In this document: in pieces, positions 1 through 16,400 of the stretch
Layout of the letters: the number at the start of each line of letters is the position of its first letter
Numbering within the stretch: the first letter of the stretch is position 1
Assembly: GCA_040954595.2 (NCBI GenBank)
Contig: CM082585.2
Coordinates: forward strand, 9,598,564-9,662,563
Origin: Balanoglossus misakiensis
Lineage: Eukaryota > Animalia > Hemichordata
DNA: 64,000 nt
Direction of reading: 5' to 3'
Translations under genes and position numbers: made by a program
Notes under the pieces: generated by a model
Seen by the model: only the letters and a program-made list of their open reading frames with translations
What the model was told of the DNA's origin: nothing
Database searches by the model: none

Positions 1-8
1 CGGTCTGT

Positions 9-131
9 TTAAATAATCTTTCGCACTGTACTCATCATTTGATGTTTAAAAGGGGTTGGAAAGAGATCATTTTCTTTGTAGGGACTATTTCTCATGGCGC
101 TAGGTGGTTTAGTTGTTGTCAAGGCGGCCAT
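9..131 (-). CDS. Possible first coding exon of an unidentified gene running off the left edge, divergent from DYNLT2B
   Basis: gcaATGGCCGCC start context. The peptide MAALTTTKPPSAMRNSPYKENDLFPTP contains KEN and SP/TP motifs. No convincing splice donor and no recognised homology. Confidence 0.25.
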   Translation of the reverse strand: MAALTTTKPPSAMRNSPYKENDLFPTPFKHQMMSTVRKII

Positions 132-230
132 TGCTTGTGGATGCCGATGTGTCGCTAGGTCCATTTTTCTCGACTTCAGACCCCGTTTTATCATCGTTTT
201 CTGTTATTTTATATTTCTCTCACTGAAGCC

Positions 231-1320
231 ATGACGGAATCCGAAGAAACTGTGGCTATAGAGGAGCCACAACCAGAAAACACGTACATGATCAGGCCTA
301 ATTTTCTCGCCAAGTAAGTAATCGACAACTATCAACATGTACACCACAGTCGACTGAAATGTACATGTTTTGTCAGCTGACAGCTATCAATGAATGCGAT
401 CGGCGCGGTGTACTTCCGAATATCACCATTCTGATGTCTACTACATTGCATGGTTGATTTTCTTGAACAGTATGCTTACTGTGTCTCGTCCTCACTATCA
501 GATTGTAGTAATATTGTAGTAATAGTATTGACAAATTGTTCATTTCACGGTTACAAATTTATAATGTAACAGTATGCAATGTTATGATTGCTCTCTATTG
601 ATATTTTTTACAGGTTCCGCCCAGCTACAGTAAAGGAAACCATCCACATAGTACTGACTGAAATGCTTGGTGAAAAACGTTACGATGCAGAAGAAACAAC
701 GAACTGGTGTAAAACTATTGCAGATGAAATCAAAAATAGATTGAAAGGTGTGTTTCGTCATTTCAGACTAGACTTGTGGCAAGTAACCAAGTTGTCAACC
801 TTTTTAGTGAAGTTTCAAATATTGCACATTGTTCAAATGTATTTGAAATATTTCCTTTTTTTTGCAGATCATGGTTTTGATAGGTATAAATACATTGTAC
901 AGGTAGTTATAGGTGAGCAGAGAGGAGAGGGAGTCAAGTAAGTAGTTTTCATTCGTGTTTTAAACATCAAAGTTTTTCCACAAGGACAAAGGTTTATTTG
1001 ATCCATCACGAGCTTGCATTCATTTGGGTAATTGATGATACATTGTCATACCGTATTTTGAATTTCAGAATGGCTTGTCGGTGTTTCTGGGATTCAGACA
1101 CAGATAATTATGCTCAAGATATATTTATGAATGTAAGTATCTCAGTTAAGAGCTCTTGGAAAATTTTATTTAAAATTTTTACCAGTAACTTTTTGTGAAA
1201 AGATCAGAGAGGATGTATAAACAAATACAAATCATCGTAAATAACTCTTCTCTGTTTTATTTTCATTTACAGGATTCGTTATTCTGTGTTGCTGCTGCCT
1301 TTGGAGTGTTTTATTATTAG
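231..1320 (+). CDS. DYNLT2B: Dynein light chain Tctex-type 2B (Tctex1 domain-containing 2), 5 exons: 231-313, 614-747, 868-937, 1069-1132, 1273-1320
   Basis: Spliced product ENTYMIRPNF..RFRPATVKETIHIVL..FDRYKYIVQVVIGEQRGEGVK.MACRCFWDSDTDNYAQDIFMN.DSLFCVAAAFGVFYY matches TCTEX1D2. All introns are GT-AG. Confidence 0.93.
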
Positions 1321-2341
1321 TGTTGTACAGATAGTCCTTCTGTTCTCTGTATCTACGACTGGAACCTGTCATCTTGCAACAAATGGTTTGAGTGATCCAA
1401 AAAGTAGCAGTTTATGGAGCCAAGTTAGATCATATTCTGTCCATACATGCAATGCTCATCTCCAAGACAGCACAGACCTCTTTGTCATTTCTTGCATGCA
1501 CCAAAAAATGAAAAGGATGAATGATGAGCTTTGCCTGTACAAAACTCTGCCATTACAATCTTGGTCTTGAGAACTATGTCAGCATATTAAAATCCAAATA
1601 CATCTGCCTTCATGTTGGGGAGATAAACTCTCTTGCAAAAATCTGTGAAAGAACTTTGACCTACTTACTTTGAATTAGAAAGCTGTAAATATTGGCTTTT
1701 AAGATATATTTTTCACTCAAAAGCAAAACTTTTTTTATATTGAAAGCAGAATCTTTCAATAAGCATATTATTTGAACTTTTGTCAAGTTTAATGGTACAT
1801 ACATGGTAAATGATCCAATTACTTTGAGAGAATATGAAGTTTTCATATACAATGTTTTGTTAAAATTATTTTAGACAGTTCACACAAGACGCAATGCTTT
1901 GTTGTTCCTTTTATTTGAAAGTTGTAAACATAGTGTTATTACTGTATGTAATGTACATTTAAAAAGTAATTCCTATATGAGAATAAATTGCTGAATAAAT
2001 ACATGTATCTGGCAGTGTCTGTTTCATTTAACAATTTGTGCAGTTATTTTCGAACATGGAGATGCTCAATGTCTATCTCAGTGATTCTGTTACAAGATAA
2101 AGAAACATCAATGTCACTATCTTTAAAAAATTACTGTGTGTCAGATATGTTATCTCGCATGCAGAAGCACTAATACTAAAATGCAAACCAGTATGTTCCT
2201 TTAATAAAAATAAATTCTATAATAAACCAATTGATCGAAAACTGCTTTGTCGTTGAATATTGTCAAAACTGAAATGACTAATAATGCAAATAACACAGGT
2301 GATGGAATTCTTGGTTGTCACTTCCGTGCTTTCAAGTATAT

Positions 2342-4046
2342 TCAACTGTGAGTGGACTGCTTCAGTCGTAGTCTTTTTGACATCCTCTTTATCGGGTCTT
2401 CTGTCTTTTCATCCTGTGAGGCGTTGAGAATAGACTCAAGTGAACAGTTGTCTTTTAGAATATCAAAGTGGAGACATATGTGCTCAAAATTCTTTCAGAG
2501 GATTAGGGAAGGTTTGGGATAATAAACTTACATCCGTGTGCACATGATGTGACATTATGCTCTTCACATTGTCTTGAAGCTGTTTCAGTCGACTTACATT
2601 AAAGACCAAGGCTTCCTTCAAGTCAGTCACTGCAACAGAAGAATTTTCAAACAATGAATTGCAACACTGCACTGTGGTTGTTAGTTAAAAAGGCTCTCTC
2701 CTGTGTGAGGAACTCTACTTTTGGCGACATTTCATCAAATGATTGTAACAAAAACAACAGCAAAACAGACCTCCAGCATCCTTCTGTGCTTTCTCCAATT
2801 CCTCCAAGAGTGATTTCAGCTGATTCATTTTACCCTGGATAAGCTCCATGTTTTTCATGCTGTCCATCATCCATTTATTCATGTACTTGACATTCCGGAT
2901 CTTCTTCCTCAATTCTATCAGCTCCTGATCCAGCTTCTCCTCATCACTTTCTGTGTAGTTGTGTTCCAGGTGTACCTGGATGAGTCAGGATAAAAGTTAC
3001 TAGAGAGATTGTTTGAACTTTATCTTCATCAATGGATGGGCCTACTCCAGAGCAATAGAAAACAACATCAAGAACAATGGATCAGACTGGACCAAAATTT
3101 GGCGGTGAACGGACCAAATAACCTGGATCATACGGATTACCTTGTCCTCCGGAAGAACAATGTAGCTGGGAATGTGGAAAATGTTGCTGATCATGTAGCC
3201 TTCCAGCTTGTCAAAACTTCTGGCAATCTCGTCTTTGAGTCTGGCGAAGATCTTCTGTGAACCCTGTGTGACGAGAGAACTTGCTTGTGGTTGGTTTCAT
3301 ATTGCAGGGATGTACATAGTTATGTTAAGTGGCCAGGTACCGGGTAGCTATAAATAAGTGATCTCTTACCTTTCGAACTTGTTCCGTTGAAGTTCCACTG
3401 TCTGCCTTGTCCAGGTTATACTGAAGGCAAACAGATAAATAATAATTAGGCGTCATAATGGTAATCATAGTACAGATGGATAGACAATGTGAAATGACAG
3501 ACAGAAGGTACTCGTTCTACTGGGCTTTTTACTCTATAAAAATGAATGAAATTGAGTTGGACCTCTACAGGGGGAAACTGGGGATGAAAGGGTTTAATAC
3601 CCACCTCTTGGATGATGTATTTCTCCACAACATTCAGTGAATCATACAAATATTCCACCAAGGCATTGTAAACTGGAAGGAAATAAGGTGCATAGGAAGG
3701 ATTATTAAATGTGATTACCAAAGCTAAGGTTAACACTAAAGCTTAAATTAAAGGCTTCATCCATGTCTGTTGACAGTACATGTTGGCATACTTGGTGATA
3801 TTATTGAATCAGCAGATTTATGATGTACTCCATTTCCCATCAACGTTGAAAATCAATAGTTGTGGCAGAGACTGTGAACTTACTTCCATCAACAAAGGCT
3901 TGTGGGGTAAAACCAAAAAACTGGGCTTCATATTCCGGCATGTCGGCGCTAAAATCTGCTGAATCGTCTGAAGTCGCCGTTTGGTCTCCATTTTGGGTTG
4001 TTCCTGCGGATTCTATCATCATGTCTTCTCCTGATGCAGTCGCCAT
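2342..4046 (-). CDS. MIS12: Kinetochore protein MIS12 homologue, about 7 coding exons
   Basis: YEAQFFGFTPQAFVDG and SFDKLEGYMISNIFHIPSYIVLPEDK are Mis12-domain signatures, followed by coiled-coil exons. The last exon reads DEKTEDPIKRMSKRLRLKQSTHS*. There is a likely 5'UTR exon with a donor near 4388. Confidence 0.9.
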
Positions 4047-4479
4047 GGTGACAACACAACAGGTCATACACGTAAACAGCTGAAACGAACATTTAGAATG
4101 AAATAATGACCGTCAAAGCCTATGATTAGATTACTATACACAACGCATGTGTGATCTTCTCTGCAATACATGCATTCAGTTGCTCGAGGTTTTTTCCTGG
4201 TATGGTAATGACTTGTGTCACCAATCACTACTGGCATATGTACATCTCAAGCAAAACCGAGCTACTGATCTGGCCTTTTAGACAGACCCTGCACCTTCGA
4301 ATTGCATCGATCACAATCTGTGATCAACACAATGTGCTATATCTCACAATAAGAGCTCAATTTATGTGAAAATGCTTTTTAAAATTACCTGCGACACTGT
4401 TTTAGAGAGATCAGCTCCAAGTGTTCCAACTTCGTATTTCCCTCCAAAGTAATCATGCAGTTTGTTTCCGCCCAAGATG

Positions 4480-4780
4480 TCTATTTATTTTCAAATTCAC
4501 ATTCAGATGACTTTGAACATGTTTTACTCTTCTTTTTCATTTGTTTATGGTATCGTGTTCAGTGATTTCTTTTAAATTGAAACTTTACAACCAACCAATA
4601 AATACACATGTACATTTTGGACATATGTGCTGGTAGTTGACGTATCCGAAACATGCATGCCAGTTCAGATTTCAGAAAACCTTTTTGACCCAAAAGTAGA
4701 CCTTTGAACTTTCACCTCCCCAACCAAACCACAATGCATAGCGAATAGTCCCAGCCGTCATCAGCCATCTTTTAACTCTG
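4480..4780. promoter_or_regulatory. Putative bidirectional promoter between MIS12 and CUL4
   Basis: Head-to-head genes with start codons about 830 bp apart. CCAAT near 4596 and a GACCTTTGAACT DR1-like motif near 4699. Confidence 0.5.
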
Positions 4781-4875
4781 CATGCTGAAATAAAGCCGAA
4801 ATTCTACGTAAGGTAGTCTATTATATCTACTTTCGTAGTAATTGCGGCCACTGTAGGGCCACATCCAGCAGTTGC

Positions 4876-10579
<5,704 letters not shown>

Positions 10580-13221
10580 GAAAGGATTTATCAGTGTTTG
10601 CGAGGACTTTTACATGTACACTACATCACGGACTGCTCATATGCGGGATCTTCCTGACTCTGATCGCTGGTGGTTTTTGCTGGAATCGCTCTGTCTTCAA
10701 GCCTTCTGTATAGTGGATACCTTCAGAAGGAGGTTGAATTTCAGGGGAGGCAACATTCGGCTTGGGAGGGTAGGAGGGGGAGGGGGGAGTCATCTTGGAG
10801 AAGGGGGCTTTGGTGTAACTTTGGCTTATATAACAAAATTGATCTGACTGGGGCAGGTCGGTGATAAACTCTCAATGTTGTACAGTTATCGACAATTAAA
10901 ACATGAAACAGATGAAGGCAAGGGGCTTCTTATATGACCTGTGGCATGTATCACAATTGATTTATTTTTTTTTTATTTTTTTTTGTTTTTCAAATACTGT
11001 GACTGTACAGCGCCATTGACATGAAGAGACCGACAAACAAGCCCTCGAGCTCTCTCAGTACTGTTTGTGGTGTAATTGGAATAATCAGTGCACGCTACGC
11101 ATAGATTACTACTAATACCTTAACATTTGACCTTAGAAAATGCCTTCACACAGTAGACTATGCAGTGCAAATTAGTGTGTTTTGAGATTATTGAAAGGAA
11201 ACGGGCGAAGAATATCATTTTCACATCAATTGCTGGATTAGCCGGTAATTTTCACTGAGATGGAACAGCACAGCACGCGCGACCATTCTATACACATTTA
11301 CTTCGCGTACATTTGCATCACTTCAACAATACAGTATAAGTAAACATTGATAAGCATCACATCGGTCACAGACAAGATTTCGCAGAACGGGCGGTGCAGT
11401 CTTGGCAAATGTCAACAAATCTGTTTTTCATAGCCTGTTACGCACGCGATTGTGTACATGTCCCAAGATATTGATGAGATACTTCCTCTATGCAGGAAGA
11501 TACCAGAGTGTCAGTTTTTGATTTTTTTTTTTAATTGATGCAGGTTTGTCTGCCTGCCACAAAGTTGGCGCAAACTGTCAGTGTCATGTTTTCATGAAAT
11601 ATTGGTACATGCCCCCCATTGCAAATTTTGAGGTCAGCGACTCTTAAAAACCCTGTCATGTAAATTTTAAATCAACGACTTATTTATTCTTGACATTGGA
11701 GGAAAAAAATTGAAGGCTCTGGGTTTTGATTGTTTAATTTACCTTCATATAATTTGTGAGCAAAGCTATAGGTTGATTTATTCTTCGGGAGCGCATTTGA
11801 GTTGAGGCCGGTTGATTTTCGTGTCGAGACCGCAATCGCAGCGTTGGCTGTAATTAAGGGTGCTTCAAATGTGTTGTGGTCAGAGGTCAAATTTAATTTT
11901 TTTTAAAAGACAGCCATGTTTGACAGCTGTGGTTTTTTTCCTGAATCGAGAACACGTACACAGTCAAAATTATAATTTGAGCATTACTGCATCTTATGGT
12001 GACCTTTGACCTCCAATTCCAAACCTGGCCACCGAAACCAAATGCTCTTTCTTTTTGTCATGATTTCAAACACAGTTATCATTGTAGATTGGTATGATTT
12101 TATTTATATGTAAAACTAATCACTTCACTCAAGTTTGAGACAGAGAACCAGATTTGATATTCATTTGACCAGCCGTTTTCTTTTCCAAGTATTTTTCATC
12201 TTCTGTTTTGCATAAAGATAACCCATTGTGTGTAGAACATAGAGTGACTGATTTAGTGACTGGGTAAAATTTAACTTGCCTGTATATTTGTGCCAGACTT
12301 AAAAAAATAAATAAAACAATATTGATATTCTATAATGCTGTGTTCGTTGCTTACCCCTTGCGAGAAAATTAGGTCACTTTTCACTGTTGAGAAAAGAGAC
12401 TTGTTCATGTGAAACGCAAAAGTCAGAATAAGCATTGCATGCATATTTTATTATAAATCTTTCTGAATATGTACAACAGCAAAATACATTCAAAGTCAGA
12501 GATGCATAATATGTGGACAGGCAGCAATGAATCTTTCAGTCTGGCTCTGGCCTGAACCATGGTTATGCCATGTCATACAAAGTGTTTCAATGGCAATGAG
12601 ATCTGTACATAAGCTGAGAGAGCTTATAACAGGAGTACAATACACTGAATACATATAAATCTGTAATCTCTAGGCTTATTGTATATTCAAATATAAGAAA
12701 TTAAAAGGAAAAAGAAAAGAATACAAAATAAAGACATTTAAATTTCCTATCCCTTGACCATCAATAATAAAGCAAAGCTGAAATATTTTAAAGATATATT
12801 GTGCACTTTTTGACTAACTACAAACTTGACTGTACCTTATTGTCTTTATTAAAAATGAAAAACTTTCAAGGCCACCTTAAAATTGAATAAAAGTTCATTA
12901 AGGAAAGTACAAATATCTATATTTCAATCTTTATATTATAAAAACCAGTACCAACCAAATTGTAAATGACAGTTATAATCATGTAAACACATGCCATAAT
13001 CTGATTATTGTTATACAAAAATAATTATAAATTCTTTGTTGCTTGTTATATGATATGAAGGACTGCAGTGGTTTTACTAATCAAGAAATATTTGATTGTC
13101 ATAAACATTAGATTTGTCATAATTTCCTATGAATGCTTGAAATCAAAACATTTTCAAAAATGTTCACTGTTTATAGTTAACTCATATGTGGTAATCAGTA
13201 CCTCTGGAATACTACTAATAT

Positions 13222-13320
13222 GTACCCTTTCCCCCCCCCCCCCCAAGTTCCCTCTATAGAGGTCCAACTTTACCATAGAACACAGTGGATTGGACTAAAC
13301 CATGGTGTTGAAAGGTTTAA
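13222..13320. mobile_element. About 95-bp MITE-like repeat ending ...AAACCATGGTG(G/T)TGAAAGG(G/T)TTAA
   Basis: Aligns by eye to 62941-63033. Partial copies lie at about 26380-26475 (inverted), 42640-42670, 46118-46153 and 47921-47950. Confidence 0.6.
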
Positions 13321-13447
13321 ACAGCCCAATAAAAGTGACATTACTCAAAACATTTTCCTAAATTAGATTATCCAAATTTTTGAGCTTGTGTGGTTAGTAT
13401 TTTAAATTTTCATATCGGCCGAAAAAAAGCAATATAATCCATTCATT

Positions 13448-16400
13448 CTAATCACTTGCTGTCTTCAACTCTTCATTCACGTGGTCGTACACTGGGTTTG
13501 AAAAAGCCTGAAAAAAAATGTATGAGAGTTAAGTATTAACGGAGGTTTCAGCTAGTATACTACCGCAGGACTTGAGTCGTGTAACATCACACTTCTTTTT
13601 TTGGTTCCCCGGAATGTTGGAGTCTTGTTAGTTACAGACACTGACAGCATTTTTGTGTTGACTCCTAAAGTATAATGATGGAATTCTCTGTTACCTCCAT
13701 ATCATTGACTGCATAGTTAGTTTCCCCCGGGATAGCTCGTTTCTTCCTCTTGTACTAGATTGGAAAATACAAGTAAACAAATTTTGTCAGTTATAAGATT
13801 GCAAAGTGCACAAAAAAATTCCCAGATAGTATTACTTACGAAATCAGAACATTCAGACATGTTGGCGTTACCAATACAGATAATTAGCAAACTTACCAAG
13901 ATCAAAAGTACCACAGTCAGACAGAGTGCTGCCACGATGGCAATGACACAGACAATGGTGATGGGTATTGCTTTACTGTGTCCACCCGGTCCACGTCGCC
14001 GTTCAGGTCTGACGGTATCAAACTCTGTTGTGTCGTCTTTCACTTCAAATGTTTGTCCGTCAAATTCCAACTTATAATCTCCAGATTTCATCTGGAATTT
14101 TAAGAAAATGTCAAGGTGAGAGGTCCATCAAAATTTAATTTTTCTGAGTGTTTGACTCATAGTCACAAGTTCCTGAAACTTTTCAAATTAGTCACTGTGT
14201 AAAATGTCAAAATCAGACAGTCACTGGGAGTGGTTTCAAATCGAAGTAATTACTGGAGTGTATGTATGTCTATGAACATTGCATTGAAAACTTACCGTTT
14301 CTTCCATAACGCTAGCAATGGATGCTGCATCAAAATTGGCATCTTTGACATTAACCAAGGTGAACTCTACCATGATACTGCCTGCAGACAGCTGAAACAA
14401 CAGTCACATGGTCAGGATTAGTTTGCAAGCATAAATCAACGACACTTACAAATATAGTGTCAACTATGTGCCAAACCCCATCGAATGTGTTGCCTTGCAA
14501 ATACTGTAAACTTTATGCCATCAAACCCCACCAAATGTGGTTAAACAACTTTTGGTAAATGTCTGACACCCACTTACTTGTAAATTTTTCACTTGTTCTC
14601 TCTTGATTTTAAAATCTTCTACAAAGGATGCTAGCAGAGCTCTGAATGGAGACAAAATATACTGAATCAGCCACAGCTTTTAAAAGCAAAATTGAACTCA
14701 CATAATTTAAAATGCGATTCTCTCAGACAAGTGAAATTACTTCTGGTAAGCAGCAGGTACAAGAATTGATCACTTACTCTTTGAACTCCTCCTGTTGATT
14801 TTCTATTTTACTGAAATCTCCCTCCAGGGCAAATGAGACATCGATACCCCTGCCGGAATGAGAGAAAGTGTAAGGTAAATACAGGGATGCATGTAGATTA
14901 GTATCATACTGGATATTCCAGCAGAACTCCTTGACATGCTATGCTTCCTTTGTGAACAGAAAAACATAATGAAAACAATTATTTTGTACTTACACAATGT
15001 TGACATAGTCTGGAATAGAAATTAGAAAAATATACAAGATGTCAGGGGTTATTGGCAGAACATTTTGATGAGACATAATGTTTGTACACACAAAATTACT
15101 CGTATTCGCATAAAGATCATCAGTCTTTAAAATACCAGAGTGATGAGAGCCAACATTTGTATCCATCTGAGGACTTTTTTCATGTTGATAGTTTTCATAG
15201 ACTGATCTGGACTGCCTTACCACAGCTGATGTCTGCATTCTCTTGCCTAGAGTCAGCAATCTCGGTGCCAGTCTCATCAACGCACCAACAAAATGATCTC
15301 CTGGTGTTACACTGCACTGGGGTGTAGGAACCGTTTACGAAGCAGGTCGGTACGAATGAACTGTCTGCATTCCTTGCCGCCAGATTCTCCAACTGACACT
15401 TTGACAGAGCTGATGAGATAAAAAAAAAACATTAGAACTTTACAATACAGACCATGATGAATATAGTTCAGTAAAGCATGTAATAACAGTATTTTTCTGT
15501 GACATTAATGGAGATCGAAGCAGCCCATGCACTTACGTGTATCACAGTTTGTTTCCGAGCCATCCGAGTTGTAGAATTTAGTCTCACAGCCTCCACATTG
15601 CTCGATTTTGCAGATGGCAAAGTGATTCCACCGACAAACGGCATCGTCACAGAGATCAGGGGAACACCACTGGGGAGGTTTGTCTGCAGGGCAACCTGTG
15701 TGAATGATAGACGTACAGTGAATATTGGAGACAATTAGCAATACCATGTGATGAAAATGGGCATTCTGGTGGCATTACTTTGGTAGCATTCTAAGAAACT
15801 GGAATTCATTTAACACTTCTGATCATTATCATTCAGATATCTCTTTCAAGCCATACCTTAGGTTCTAGGACAGCTACCCCCTGAACACTTACCCCAACCC
15901 TATCCCTAACCTTATTGCCTGGTTGGCAAGGAAATGTCCAGGGGGTGTCAAAGTCCTAACGCCATACCTTGGACAGGGTCTTGACAAATCATGGCACAGC
16001 CATCATTGCAACATTTTCTTGAACCGCTGCACTGAGAGTCTGAATAACACTCTGGTACACAGAGGTTGAAATCTGTTCCAGGAGACCTCGCTGGTGGACA
16101 GGTACCAGGCTTCTCCCCATTGAATACTGTATGTTGAGTAGTTTATACAGAAACATATAAAATCCAGAAATTATAAATGCCACATGAAAACTGAGTCAGT
16201 AAGCAATATATGAACCATGCACGTTATTATACGTCTATTTGAATTGCTTGCTTTGAAGAAGGATAACAACTGAAACAGAGATTTCAGGCTATTTTCTTAA
16301 TTGCTAGATATACATAAAAGCAGCTTCAATATACTGACCAAGAACTTCTAGGAGAAATCGTTGCTTGACTGTGAAGTAATTATTACTGCCTCTGTACTTG

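Noticed and set aside
15748-15822. Box C (GTGATGA) ... box D (CTGA) snoRNA-like spacing
   Set aside because: It lies antisense to the host gene and has no convincing terminal stem or recognisable rRNA guide.
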